IMG/VR virus record: IMGVR_UViG_3300012979_000010
Coordinates: 1-40,685 of that record
Length of the DNA stretch: 40,685 nt
Direction: 5' to 3' (one strand)
Source of the DNA: a virus
Part shown: piece after piece, positions 6,483 through 12,832 of the stretch
How positions within the stretch are numbered: position 1 is the stretch's first letter
Layout: every line of letters starts with the position of its first letter
Position numbers and translations under genes: made by a program
The notes under the pieces: model-generated
What the model saw: the letters and a program-made list of their open reading frames with translations, nothing else
Database searches by the model: none
Told to the model about the DNA's origin: nothing

Positions 6483-7043
6483 TTAGAATCCTTCGCTAAA
6501 GTTATTACTTGTTTTTGCTCTTTCGCTTATGACTTTATATTGTCCTTCGATTATCTTTCCCATTTTATCATTTTTGAATTCCTTATCAATCGCTTCAAGT
6601 GAAGTTTCAACTCTTATCTTTTTGACACCTTGTGAAATTTTAGCGATTTGTTCTTCGGTAATAGAATATATCGGGAATATGGTGTATTGAGAAATAACAC
6701 TTGAGCCTACAATCTTACTATTCCCTATTTCATCTGATTGCTCATTTATAGTTTTTAATTCTATAATCGAATCGTCACTCATCTTTATAAGTAATCGTGA
6801 ACCTTTATTTATTGTTATAGGATATAATTGTTTAATCGTTAGTGATAATTGCCATTCTACACGTTTATTGATTTCAGTACGGCTTAATGCACATTCAAAT
6901 ATTACTTTGTCAGAGAAGCTTCGCATACTTTCAGAAGCACACATTATCAACCTTGTGTTTTCATCTGATTTATCAAGGTTGATTTCTTGCGCATTGGCGC
7001 ACATGGCTACCATTGCGAATAAAAATAAAGCTATTCTTTTCAT
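6483..7043 (-). CDS. Exported protein or lipoprotein of unknown function (prophage cargo; superinfection-exclusion candidate)
   Basis: N-terminal signal peptide MKRIALFLFAMVAMCANAQ. Lies 25 nt downstream of the repressor gene on the same strand. Confidence 0.7.
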   Translation of the reverse strand: MKRIALFLFAMVAMCANAQEINLDKSDENTRLIMCASESMRSFSDKVIFECALSRTEINKRVEWQLSLTIKQLYPITINKGSRLLIKMSDDSIIELKTINEQSDEIGNSKIVGSSVISQYTIFPIYSITEEQIAKISQGVKKIRVETSLEAIDKEFKNDKMGKIIEGQYKVISERAKTSNNFSEGF

Positions 7044-7068
7044 TGTATATATATTTAAGGGTTAGTAA

Positions 7069-7716
7069 TTACTTTGCAGATAGGCACATTAATACTTTAT
7101 ACATTGAATATATATCATCGTAGAATATGTCGAAATCGTCATAATCGGGGTTGATAGAGTGGCAAGTTATCCTATCATCGTGAATGCTCTTGCGCACGTT
7201 CTTAATTACTACACCATTGCAAGTGTCAAGAACGTATGTTTTCCCCCATTCAATAAATGAGTGGTGGTTTATCCTCTTTATTAGAATTCGGCTTCCATTA
7301 GGATATTCGGGTGTCATTGATTCGCCATATACGGTTATAGCGAAATCTACATTTTCTATTGGCGAAATAACTGCTTCACAATTTTGCAATGTTGTACCAT
7401 TTGCAGAAAATCCATCAAGGCTCCCACCTAAAGCTGATTGTGGTAGTAGATATGTAGTGTATATGCCAAGTTCCTTCAATTCCTCTTTGTTCCCTATATC
7501 TTCAAACATATCCCCTTCGCCAGTCATCAACCACGATGTTTTCACTTCGGGATATGCGTTCTTAATAATCTTGCAAAGGTCGGTACTGATGTTGTTTCTG
7601 CCGTTTAATACGTTCAGAATTCTTGTTTCTCTTTTAAGACCTATTGAACGTGCAAAGCTTGTTGGACTTTCAGCCAAATGCTCTAATAATTGCGATAGCC
7701 AGTGTACATATTTCAT
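7069..7716 (-). CDS. cI/LexA-like phage repressor with a C-terminal S24 autopeptidase domain
   Basis: The C-terminal half has VYGESMTPEYPNGSRILIKRIN...GKTYVLDTCNGVVIKNVRK, i.e. the S24 G(D/E)SM serine motif plus a downstream Lys. The N-terminal part is of HTH size. It is divergent from the early operon. Confidence 0.8.
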   Translation of the reverse strand: MKYVHWLSQLLEHLAESPTSFARSIGLKRETRILNVLNGRNNISTDLCKIIKNAYPEVKTSWLMTGEGDMFEDIGNKEELKELGIYTTYLLPQSALGGSLDGFSANGTTLQNCEAVISPIENVDFAITVYGESMTPEYPNGSRILIKRINHHSFIEWGKTYVLDTCNGVVIKNVRKSIHDDRITCHSINPDYDDFDIFYDDIYSMYKVLMCLSAK

Positions 7717-7777
7717 TGGAAAATGATGTAAATTGGTGGATAAAGTGTTAATAAATCATAATTCAGAGAATAAATCT

Positions 7778-7791
7778 CCAACATTTGTTGG
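7778..7791. promoter_or_regulatory. Perfect inverted repeat CCAACA-TT-TGTTGG (operator candidate) in the divergent switch region
   Basis: Read directly. The half-site-like TTGATGTTGG and TTATTGATG follow at 7792..7810. Confidence 0.45.
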
Positions 7792-7810
7792 TTGATGTTG
7801 GTTATTGATG

Positions 7811-7818
7811 TATATTTG
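7811..7818 (+). promoter_or_regulatory. Bacteroides-type -7 box (TATATTTG) for the rightward early operon
   Basis: Matches TAnnTTTG. It lies between the repressor gene and the first rightward ORF. Confidence 0.4.
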
Positions 7819-7901
7819 CAACAAACAAACAAATGATGCAACAAAGAAACAATAAATAACGAGAAAAAGCAAAAAAGCAAGCTAATAAAAAAATACTAAT
7901 T

Positions 7902-8087
7902 ATGGAAGCAACAATTAAAAAACACTCAAAGAACGAATTTTATGTGAAGAAAATAAGAGGCGGTTTTTTCTGTATTATTAATGGATATGACAATAGTATG
8001 GAATCAATCGAATCAATGGAAGAAGCTGCATATAACTTATGCAATAAGTTGAACGAAATGAGAAATAAGAGATTAGGATTGAATTAA
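7902..8087 (+). CDS. First early-operon ORF (61 aa), hypothetical
   Basis: ORF track. It occupies the cro position, but no HTH was recognised. Confidence 0.55.
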   Translation: MEATIKKHSKNEFYVKKIRGGFFCIINGYDNSMESIESMEEAAYNLCNKLNEMRNKRLGLN

Positions 8088-8094
8088 TAACCAA

Positions 8095-8112
8095 GCACCC
8101 CTTCGGGGGTGC
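8095..8112 (+). terminator. GC-rich hairpin GCACCCC-TTCG-GGGGTGC (no U tract)
   Basis: Perfect 7-bp stem with a TTCG loop, 8 nt after the stop of the 61-aa ORF. Confidence 0.45.
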
Positions 8113-8128
8113 ATAAAGAAACAACGAT

Positions 8129-8317
8129 ATGAAAACTTTTAAGGCAATATTATTAGGCATGGCGATAGTTCTTACCATTGGCATAGCTGGTAAGTACGAT
8201 TGGGCGAGTGAGGTGTGCTACACAATGGAACGTAAGACCTACAACGAAATCAGCAAGAAGCTGAACACCCACAACGAAATTAAGATTGCGGAATACTACG
8301 TTGAGCATTACAAGTGA
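8129..8317 (+). CDS. Small membrane protein (62 aa)
   Basis: N-terminal hydrophobic helix AILLGMAIVLTIGIAG. Confidence 0.55.
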   Translation: MKTFKAILLGMAIVLTIGIAGKYDWASEVCYTMERKTYNEISKKLNTHNEIKIAEYYVEHYK

Positions 8318-8320
8318 TTG

Positions 8321-8660
8321 CGCGGAGTGCGTTCGGTGGATGCACGGAACGTACTCGGTGGAACCACCGAACAGATACGGCTCTTTTGCGAGTGCTATAT
8401 AATAAGTGGTTTTAGTTTCAAAGCCTTGTGATTGCTAAAGACAAGCACCCGATAGCGAGAATCGGCAAGGCGCGACTTGATTAGTTTTTTGACATTTTGA
8501 ATCTCTCTCATAAGGCACGAAAGTATAATTGCCGACTGGAAGGCAAGCCTACTACGATATAGTCCCGACAGGTCACGATTCCTGCAAGTAACCGTAAAAG
8601 GTTGTCGGGACACGAACAGAGAACTCATACTATTCATTATTACAAATTAGAAAGGTTAAT
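8321..8660 (+). ncRNA. Structured non-coding segment 1 (unknown class)
   Basis: Helices read directly. A 10-bp helix pairs 8325..8334 with 8347..8356 and includes a G:U. It competes with a 9-bp helix pairing 8331..8339 with 8364..8372. Hairpins lie at 8449..8465 and 8529..8546. A perfect 9-bp helix pairs 8562..8570 with 8603..8611. The segment is closed by the terminator at 8666..8695. Confidence 0.4.
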
Positions 8661-8665
8661 ATTCG

Positions 8666-8695
8666 CCGCTTGGTTCGAGAGAATAGAGCGGTTTT
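8666..8695 (+). terminator. Sibling terminator hairpin 1 (most divergent copy)
   Basis: CCGCT...AGCGG followed by TTTT. Confidence 0.5.
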
Positions 8696-8745
8696 AATTA
8701 GTAAAAAACGATTTTCATCATAGTATTTGTTATTAGGTTTTGTTT

Positions 8746-8776
8746 CCGCCTTGTCTGTGAAGATAGGGCGGCTTTC
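8746..8776 (+). terminator. Sibling terminator hairpin 2
   Basis: TTTCCGCCTT-gtctgtgaagat-AGGGCGG-CTTTCAA. Confidence 0.6.
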
Positions 8777-8778
8777 AA

Positions 8779-8885
8779 GGGGTAAGAGGTCAGCACAGAT
8801 TTAATTTACTCTTTTCCATTCAAAGTTATTTCTGATTACACCTATTTGCTGATGGATCTTGGTGGTTCGATTCCACCTACCCCAC
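8779..8885 (+). ncRNA. tRNA minihelix / tmRNA-like mimic A (acceptor stem plus T arm, no D or anticodon arm)
   Basis: T arm GGTGG-TTCGATT-CCACC at 8861..8877. TACCCC (8878..8883) pairs with GGGGTA (8779..8784). An inner helix pairs 8785..8795 with 8847..8859 and encloses a 51-nt AT-rich loop. Confidence 0.5.
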
Positions 8886-8942
8886 AATCAGATGTAACGC
8901 GTCTGATATTTGTAATTTAATTTTCATAATTTGAATTTGTTT

Positions 8943-8973
8943 CCGCCTTGCTCGCGATGAGTAGGGCGGTTTT
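8943..8973 (+). terminator. Sibling terminator hairpin 3
   Basis: TTTCCGCCTT-gctcgcgatgagt-AGGGCGG-TTTTCAA. Confidence 0.6.
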
Positions 8974-9009
8974 CAACAGACATTTATTAATCATTAAAAT
9001 ATAAGCGAT

Positions 9010-9150
9010 ATGGAAGAAATGAAGATGTTTTTTGAGCAGATTCGCAAGGAAGAACAAAGGCGGTCTGTTATGCAAGAGATTGACGAGATTGTTGATGACT
9101 TCAATCATGCGATTGATGAGATTCTTGATAAGCTGAAAGAAAAGAAATAG
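9010..9150 (+). CDS. Small acidic coiled-coil-like ORF (46 aa)
   Basis: MEEMKMFFEQIRKEEQRRSVMQEIDEIVDDFNHAIDEILDKLKEKK. It is the only plausible +strand ORF inside the island and is below the ORF-track cut-off. Confidence 0.4.
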   Translation: MEEMKMFFEQIRKEEQRRSVMQEIDEIVDDFNHAIDEILDKLKEKK

Positions 9151-9238
9151 GCTCGTAGGAGTTGCCAACGCAACCCAAGTTCGGTGGGTGGCAATAGCCA
9201 ATATCCGAAATTAAATCTGGACTGAATTTGCGTGAACG

Positions 9239-9348
9239 AAGCTGATTCCCCTACTTGGCAAGGGGCAGTAATCTGATAAGTACCGAGAATAAAGTAAGTC
9301 AGTGCGAAAGCATACACGTTCGGAATATCGGGAGTGAATAATCAGCTT
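9239..9348 (+). ncRNA. Closed structured RNA domain upstream of tRNA mimic B
   Basis: A perfect 9-bp closing helix pairs AAGCTGATT (9239..9247) with AATCAGCTT (9340..9348). Inside are the hairpin CCCCT/AGGGG (9248..9265) and a GAAA-tetraloop hairpin (9302..9313). Confidence 0.45.
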
Positions 9349-9352
9349 CTTT

Positions 9353-9428
9353 TCCCCTGCTATACGCGAATGGTAGCGCGAAGTGTAATACCTGGGAAAC
9401 AACGGTGGTTCGATTCCACCACAGGGGA
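9353..9428 (+). ncRNA. tRNA mimic B (acceptor, D-like arm and T arm; no anticodon arm)
   Basis: TCCCCTG (9353..9359) pairs with CAGGGGA (9422..9428). The D-like arm is CGCG-AATGGTAG-CGCG (9365..9380). The T arm at 9404..9420 matches mimic A over 17 nt. The 23 nt between the D and T arms form no anticodon stem. Confidence 0.5.
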
Positions 9429-9503
9429 CAACCAATTAGCGAATTGGGGTGTAGAATTAATGTTAGATGTTTAAGAGCATTACATTTTGGATGTATTATT
9501 TTC

Positions 9504-9533
9504 CCACCTCGCTTGTGAAAGTAGGGTGGTTTT
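9504..9533 (+). terminator. Sibling terminator hairpin 4 (carries a compensatory change)
   Basis: TTTCCCACCT-cgcttgtgaaagta-GGGTGG-TTTTCAA. The G:C pair of copies 2 and 3 is replaced by A:T. Confidence 0.6.
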
Positions 9534-9557
9534 CAAGGAACTTAAAAACAACAAGAT

Positions 9558-9758
9558 ATGAACCCATTTAAGAAGAAACAACAACAAGAAAAGAAGTACT
9601 ACTTGATAATACAATTTCAAGTAATCTACAAGGATGGTTCGCGCGACATCGTGAAGCTGAATGCTCCGATAGAGGTGGACAACGTGAACGATTTCCGCAT
9701 GAAGAAGAAAGCGGAATATCAATGTGAAGGTGTAAACTTAACGTATTACGAAGTATGA
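9558..9758 (+). CDS. Hypothetical protein (66 aa) with a Lys-rich N-terminus
   Basis: ORF track. Its stop overlaps the next start. Confidence 0.6.
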   Translation: MNPFKKKQQQEKKYYLIIQFQVIYKDGSRDIVKLNAPIEVDNVNDFRMKKKAEYQCEGVNLTYYEV

Positions 9759-9955
9759 AAGAAGTAACAGAAAATTGGGCGGTTCAGTTTCGCGAAATGA
9801 AAGTGAACGAGCAAGTGAAATGCCCAGCACGCAGCTATTGCGTAGTTAATGCAACCCTACACCGATTAGAGGTTGAGAGGTTGGACGAGAACGTGCAATA
9901 TTCAATGAGATTGAACAGAGAAGAAAAAACAATCATAGTAACAAGGACAGCATGA
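9755..9955 (+). CDS. Hypothetical protein (66 aa)
   Basis: ORF track, with ATGA-type overlaps on both sides. Confidence 0.6.
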   Translation: MKEVTENWAVQFREMKVNEQVKCPARSYCVVNATLHRLEVERLDENVQYSMRLNREEKTIIVTRTA

Positions 9956-10311
9956 TAAGAGATTTATCGCCACAAGAATTGCGCGTAGCCAATGAATTCT
10001 GCAAAGGTCTTACAGACAACGAGGTGGGCGATAATCTGTTTCTCTCGCCTTGTACGGTACGCGCACACAAGTATCGGATATATCAGAAGCTAGGCATTAA
10101 CAAGGAAGTGGAATTGTTCTACTACATGATCTGCCGCAAGCTAAACGTAAAGTTCGATATTAAAGAGATACACAAGAAAGGTTTATCGTTGTTCTTCTCG
10201 GTGTTGTTCCTATTCATGCAGATTACTTGCGTAGATATGGATATGCGCCAAACAAGGACACCGAGAGTGACACGCACAACAATGGTAAGAGGAAGGAGAG
10301 CGAAGGAATGA
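9952..10311 (+). CDS. LuxR/GerE-family HTH transcriptional regulator with a hydrophobic C-terminal segment
   Basis: LSPQELRVANEFCKGLTDNEVGDNLFLSPCTVRAHKYRIYQKLGI fits the GerE-type HTH. It is followed by GLSLFFSVLFLFMQITCV. Confidence 0.7.
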   Translation: MIRDLSPQELRVANEFCKGLTDNEVGDNLFLSPCTVRAHKYRIYQKLGINKEVELFYYMICRKLNVKFDIKEIHKKGLSLFFSVLFLFMQITCVDMDMRQTRTPRVTRTTMVRGRRAKE

Positions 10312-10538
10312 TACCAGGAAAGGAAAAGGAAGCACTTGATGCCATTTTATTGGCAATGGATGGAAGAACATTCGGTCAGCGCGAATCGGCTTCCATTGTT
10401 AGCGGCTTGAAGCGACTGATAGTTCTGATGGAACAAGGTAAAATTAGAGCCGAAAAGCGAATTAACAAGCAAAACGGCAAGTGGTATTGCAATGCCGCCG
10501 ATGTATTGCGATATGCGAAGAACCCATTTATAAATTAA
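10308..10538 (+). CDS. Hypothetical protein (76 aa)
   Basis: ORF track 10227..10538. The preferred ATG at 10308 overlaps the upstream TGA (ATGA). Confidence 0.55.
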   Translation: MIPGKEKEALDAILLAMDGRTFGQRESASIVSGLKRLIVLMEQGKIRAEKRINKQNGKWYCNAADVLRYAKNPFIN

Positions 10539-10544
10539 AGAGAT

Positions 10545-11129
10545 ATGAAAGAATTAGTAGAAATTCAAAGCAAATTGAAAGCACCGAAGGATAATTACAA
10601 TAGCTTCGGGAAGTACAAGTATCGTAGTGCAGAAAGCATTCTTGAAAGTGTAAAACCACTATTAAAGGAGTATGGCTGCATCCTAACGGTTAGTGATGAC
10701 ATTGTAATGGTAGGCGATAGAATCTACGTGAAGGCTACGGCTACAATCAGCAACGAGAAAGGCGAATACATCACTACTTCGGCATTCGCAAGAGAAGCGG
10801 AAGTCGGGAAGAATGGCATGGATGTATCGCAAGTAACTGGAGCAACATCAAGCTATGCACGCAAGTATGCGCTAAATGGTTTGTTCTGTATTGATGACAC
10901 GAAGGACACCGATACGGAAGAATACCAAGCGCAGAAGAAGAAGGCAGAGAAGCCGAAAGCTAACGAAAAGAGCGACACTTTGCTGATGGCATTGCAAGAG
11001 GTTGAAACGGCATCGTCCATAGAACAATTACTTGCTATTCGCAATGCTTATTTCAATTTGATGTCGCCTAACGAGCAAACAGAATTCACGAATAAACTAA
11101 CCGAACGTAAAAAGAAGATACAAGGATGA
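10545..11129 (+). CDS. erf: ERF-family single-strand annealing recombinase
   Basis: LKAPKDNYNSFGKYKYRSAESILESVKPLLKEYG...GATSSYARKYALNGLF is characteristic of ERF-superfamily proteins. Confidence 0.75.
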   Translation: MKELVEIQSKLKAPKDNYNSFGKYKYRSAESILESVKPLLKEYGCILTVSDDIVMVGDRIYVKATATISNEKGEYITTSAFAREAEVGKNGMDVSQVTGATSSYARKYALNGLFCIDDTKDTDTEEYQAQKKKAEKPKANEKSDTLLMALQEVETASSIEQLLAIRNAYFNLMSPNEQTEFTNKLTERKKKIQG

Positions 11130-12022
11130 AAACACTAAATAGGTCTGCCGTAAGATACGAAAGTGTATCGCACAAGTATTTTCTTGGCGAAAAGGAATTG
11201 AAGGGTATTACAGGGATGATTAAGCGACAACTCTTCCCCGATGAATACAAGGATGTACCCGAAGATGTCTTGCAGAAAGCGCAAGACAGAGGTCACAGAA
11301 TACATTCATTGTGCGAGTTTGTTGATGAGTTCAACACCGAAGAAACAACCGAAGAACTGGTGCTTGATTACATTGAACTGAAGAAATGCTTCGGACTTGT
11401 ACCAATAGAAAGCGAGTATGTTGTTAGCGACAACGAACACTTTGCATCGCCCATTGACAAGGTATTCATAACAAGGGATGATACCTTCATTCTTGGGGAT
11501 ATCAAGACCACCTACGCGCTGAACGAGGAATATGTACGATGGCAGCTTTCAATTTATGCCTATTTCTTCGAGTTGATGAATCCCGATGCAAAGGTTGAAA
11601 AACTAATCGTTATTTGGTTGAAAAGCGGCAAAAGCACAATCAAGGAACTTGCACGCATCCCAGTTGATGTAGTGAAGGAGCTACTCAAAGCCGAGATAGA
11701 AGGGGAGCAATTCAAGAACAACTATGTGAACGTAGTTCCCGAAGATATGAAATTGCTTGAGAAGGAACTTGCGCTTGTAGAGAATCAGCTTAAGCTATAC
11801 ACCGATAAGAAGAAGGAAATCATCGGCAAGGTTTACGAAATGATGTGCAATAAGGGCGAGTTTACCTGGAAGGGCGATGTAGGGACATTCACACGAAAGA
11901 AAGACTACACTAAGGTTGATTTCGATAAGGCAGCCTTCAAGAATGACAACGAAGAACTTTATAATAACTATCTAAAAGAAACTACCGTATGCGGTAGTGT
12001 AACATTCAAAATCAATAAGTAA
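11126..12022 (+). CDS. PD-(D/E)XK exonuclease (RecB/lambda-Exo-like partner of ERF)
   Basis: Motifs ...SPIDKVF..., ILGDIKTT (D-x-K) and RWQLSIYAYF (QxxxY). Overlaps the erf stop. Confidence 0.65.
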   Translation: MKTLNRSAVRYESVSHKYFLGEKELKGITGMIKRQLFPDEYKDVPEDVLQKAQDRGHRIHSLCEFVDEFNTEETTEELVLDYIELKKCFGLVPIESEYVVSDNEHFASPIDKVFITRDDTFILGDIKTTYALNEEYVRWQLSIYAYFFELMNPDAKVEKLIVIWLKSGKSTIKELARIPVDVVKELLKAEIEGEQFKNNYVNVVPEDMKLLEKELALVENQLKLYTDKKKEIIGKVYEMMCNKGEFTWKGDVGTFTRKKDYTKVDFDKAAFKNDNEELYNNYLKETTVCGSVTFKINK

Positions 12023-12023
12023 T

Positions 12024-12395
12024 ATGGCAAATTCAGTAAGAGGAAGAATCGTAGAAATCGGTCAAGTAGAAAGAATCCAAACAAAAGGTGGCTCAACCTT
12101 TGAGAAGTTAGAGTGTGTGCTTGATGCATCGCGTTATGATGCGATAACAGGCGAAAAGGGGTATGATAATTTTGTAGTGCTTGAATTCTCGCAAAACAAA
12201 ATTGAGCAAATTCAAAAGTTCAAAGCTGGCGATGCAGTGGAAATCTCGTTTGAATTAGCAGGAAACCGATACACCAATCAACAAGGCGAAACAAAGTACA
12301 TGACAAGGGCAAGAGCCTACAAGGTGGAGCCTATCGGTAAGTCGAAAGCTGAACAACAAGTTGAACCAGCACCAAAGGGCGACCTTCCATTCTGA
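12024..12395 (+). CDS. OB-fold SSB-like protein (DUF3127-like) with an SSB-type C-terminal tail
   Basis: 123 aa ending ...PAPKGDLPF, which resembles the acidic-aromatic DDDIPF tail of bacterial SSB. The body resembles Bacteroidetes DUF3127 proteins. Confidence 0.6.
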   Translation: MANSVRGRIVEIGQVERIQTKGGSTFEKLECVLDASRYDAITGEKGYDNFVVLEFSQNKIEQIQKFKAGDAVEISFELAGNRYTNQQGETKYMTRARAYKVEPIGKSKAEQQVEPAPKGDLPF

Positions 12396-12832
12396 TGGTA
12401 TTCAACTTGAACAATCCGTATGATGTGCAGAAGTTCGATGAATACATAGTGAAATTGCGACAACAGAAAGCGGTGGTGGATGTGAAGAAAAAACATCCAA
12501 ACCGCTCGTTGGCGCAGAATTCATATCTGCACGTTCTTCTCGGGTATTTCGCTTGCCAATATGGATGTTCGATTGAATATGCAAAGAACGAGTACTTCAA
12601 GAAGGAGTGCAATCGCGATTTGTTTATCGAAGAACGGACAACCAAGAATGGCGAAGTTATCCAGGACTGGCGCAGTTCTGCTGAACTTGATACGGCACAA
12701 ATGACAATGGCGATAGAAAGGTTCAGAAATTGGTCGGCAAGTGTAGGCGGCATTTACCTACCTTCCCCCAACGAAGGCGAAGCCTTGATCTACGCACAAC
12801 AAGTAATAGAACAGAATCAAGAATTCATGTAA
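12395..12832 (+). CDS. ninB: NinB/Orf-like recombination mediator
   Basis: HPNRSLAQNSYLHVLLGYF parallels the lambda NinB motif RSLDQNRKLWA. SSAELDTAQMTMAIERFRNW parallels the NinB C-terminal helix. Confidence 0.55.
   Translation: MVFNLNNPYDVQKFDEYIVKLRQQKAVVDVKKKHPNRSLAQNSYLHVLLGYFACQYGCSIEYAKNEYFKKECNRDLFIEERTTKNGEVIQDWRSSAELDTAQMTMAIERFRNWSASVGGIYLPSPNEGEALIYAQQVIEQNQEFM

Noticed and set aside
8849-8855. Hammerhead-ribozyme-like CUGAUGA core (CTGATGG here; CTGATAA at 9273..9279)
   Set aside because: Both deviate from CUGANGA at an invariant position. The partner GAAA and cleavage-site elements in the right helical context were not found.
8861-9420. Two bona fide tRNA genes, possibly suppressor tRNAs for stop-codon recoding
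   Set aside because: Neither element has an anticodon stem-loop, and element A also lacks a D arm. All phage genes close properly under the standard code with no need for in-frame stop read-through.
8395-9722. Minus-strand ORFs of 70-94 aa across the non-coding island (8395..8637, 8917..9201, 9105..9317, 9211..9435, 9480..9722)
   Set aside because: They are antisense to the whole early operon and mutually overlapping. They run through terminator hairpins and tRNA-like helices, and their products are low-complexity and hydrophobic, typical of chance ORFs.
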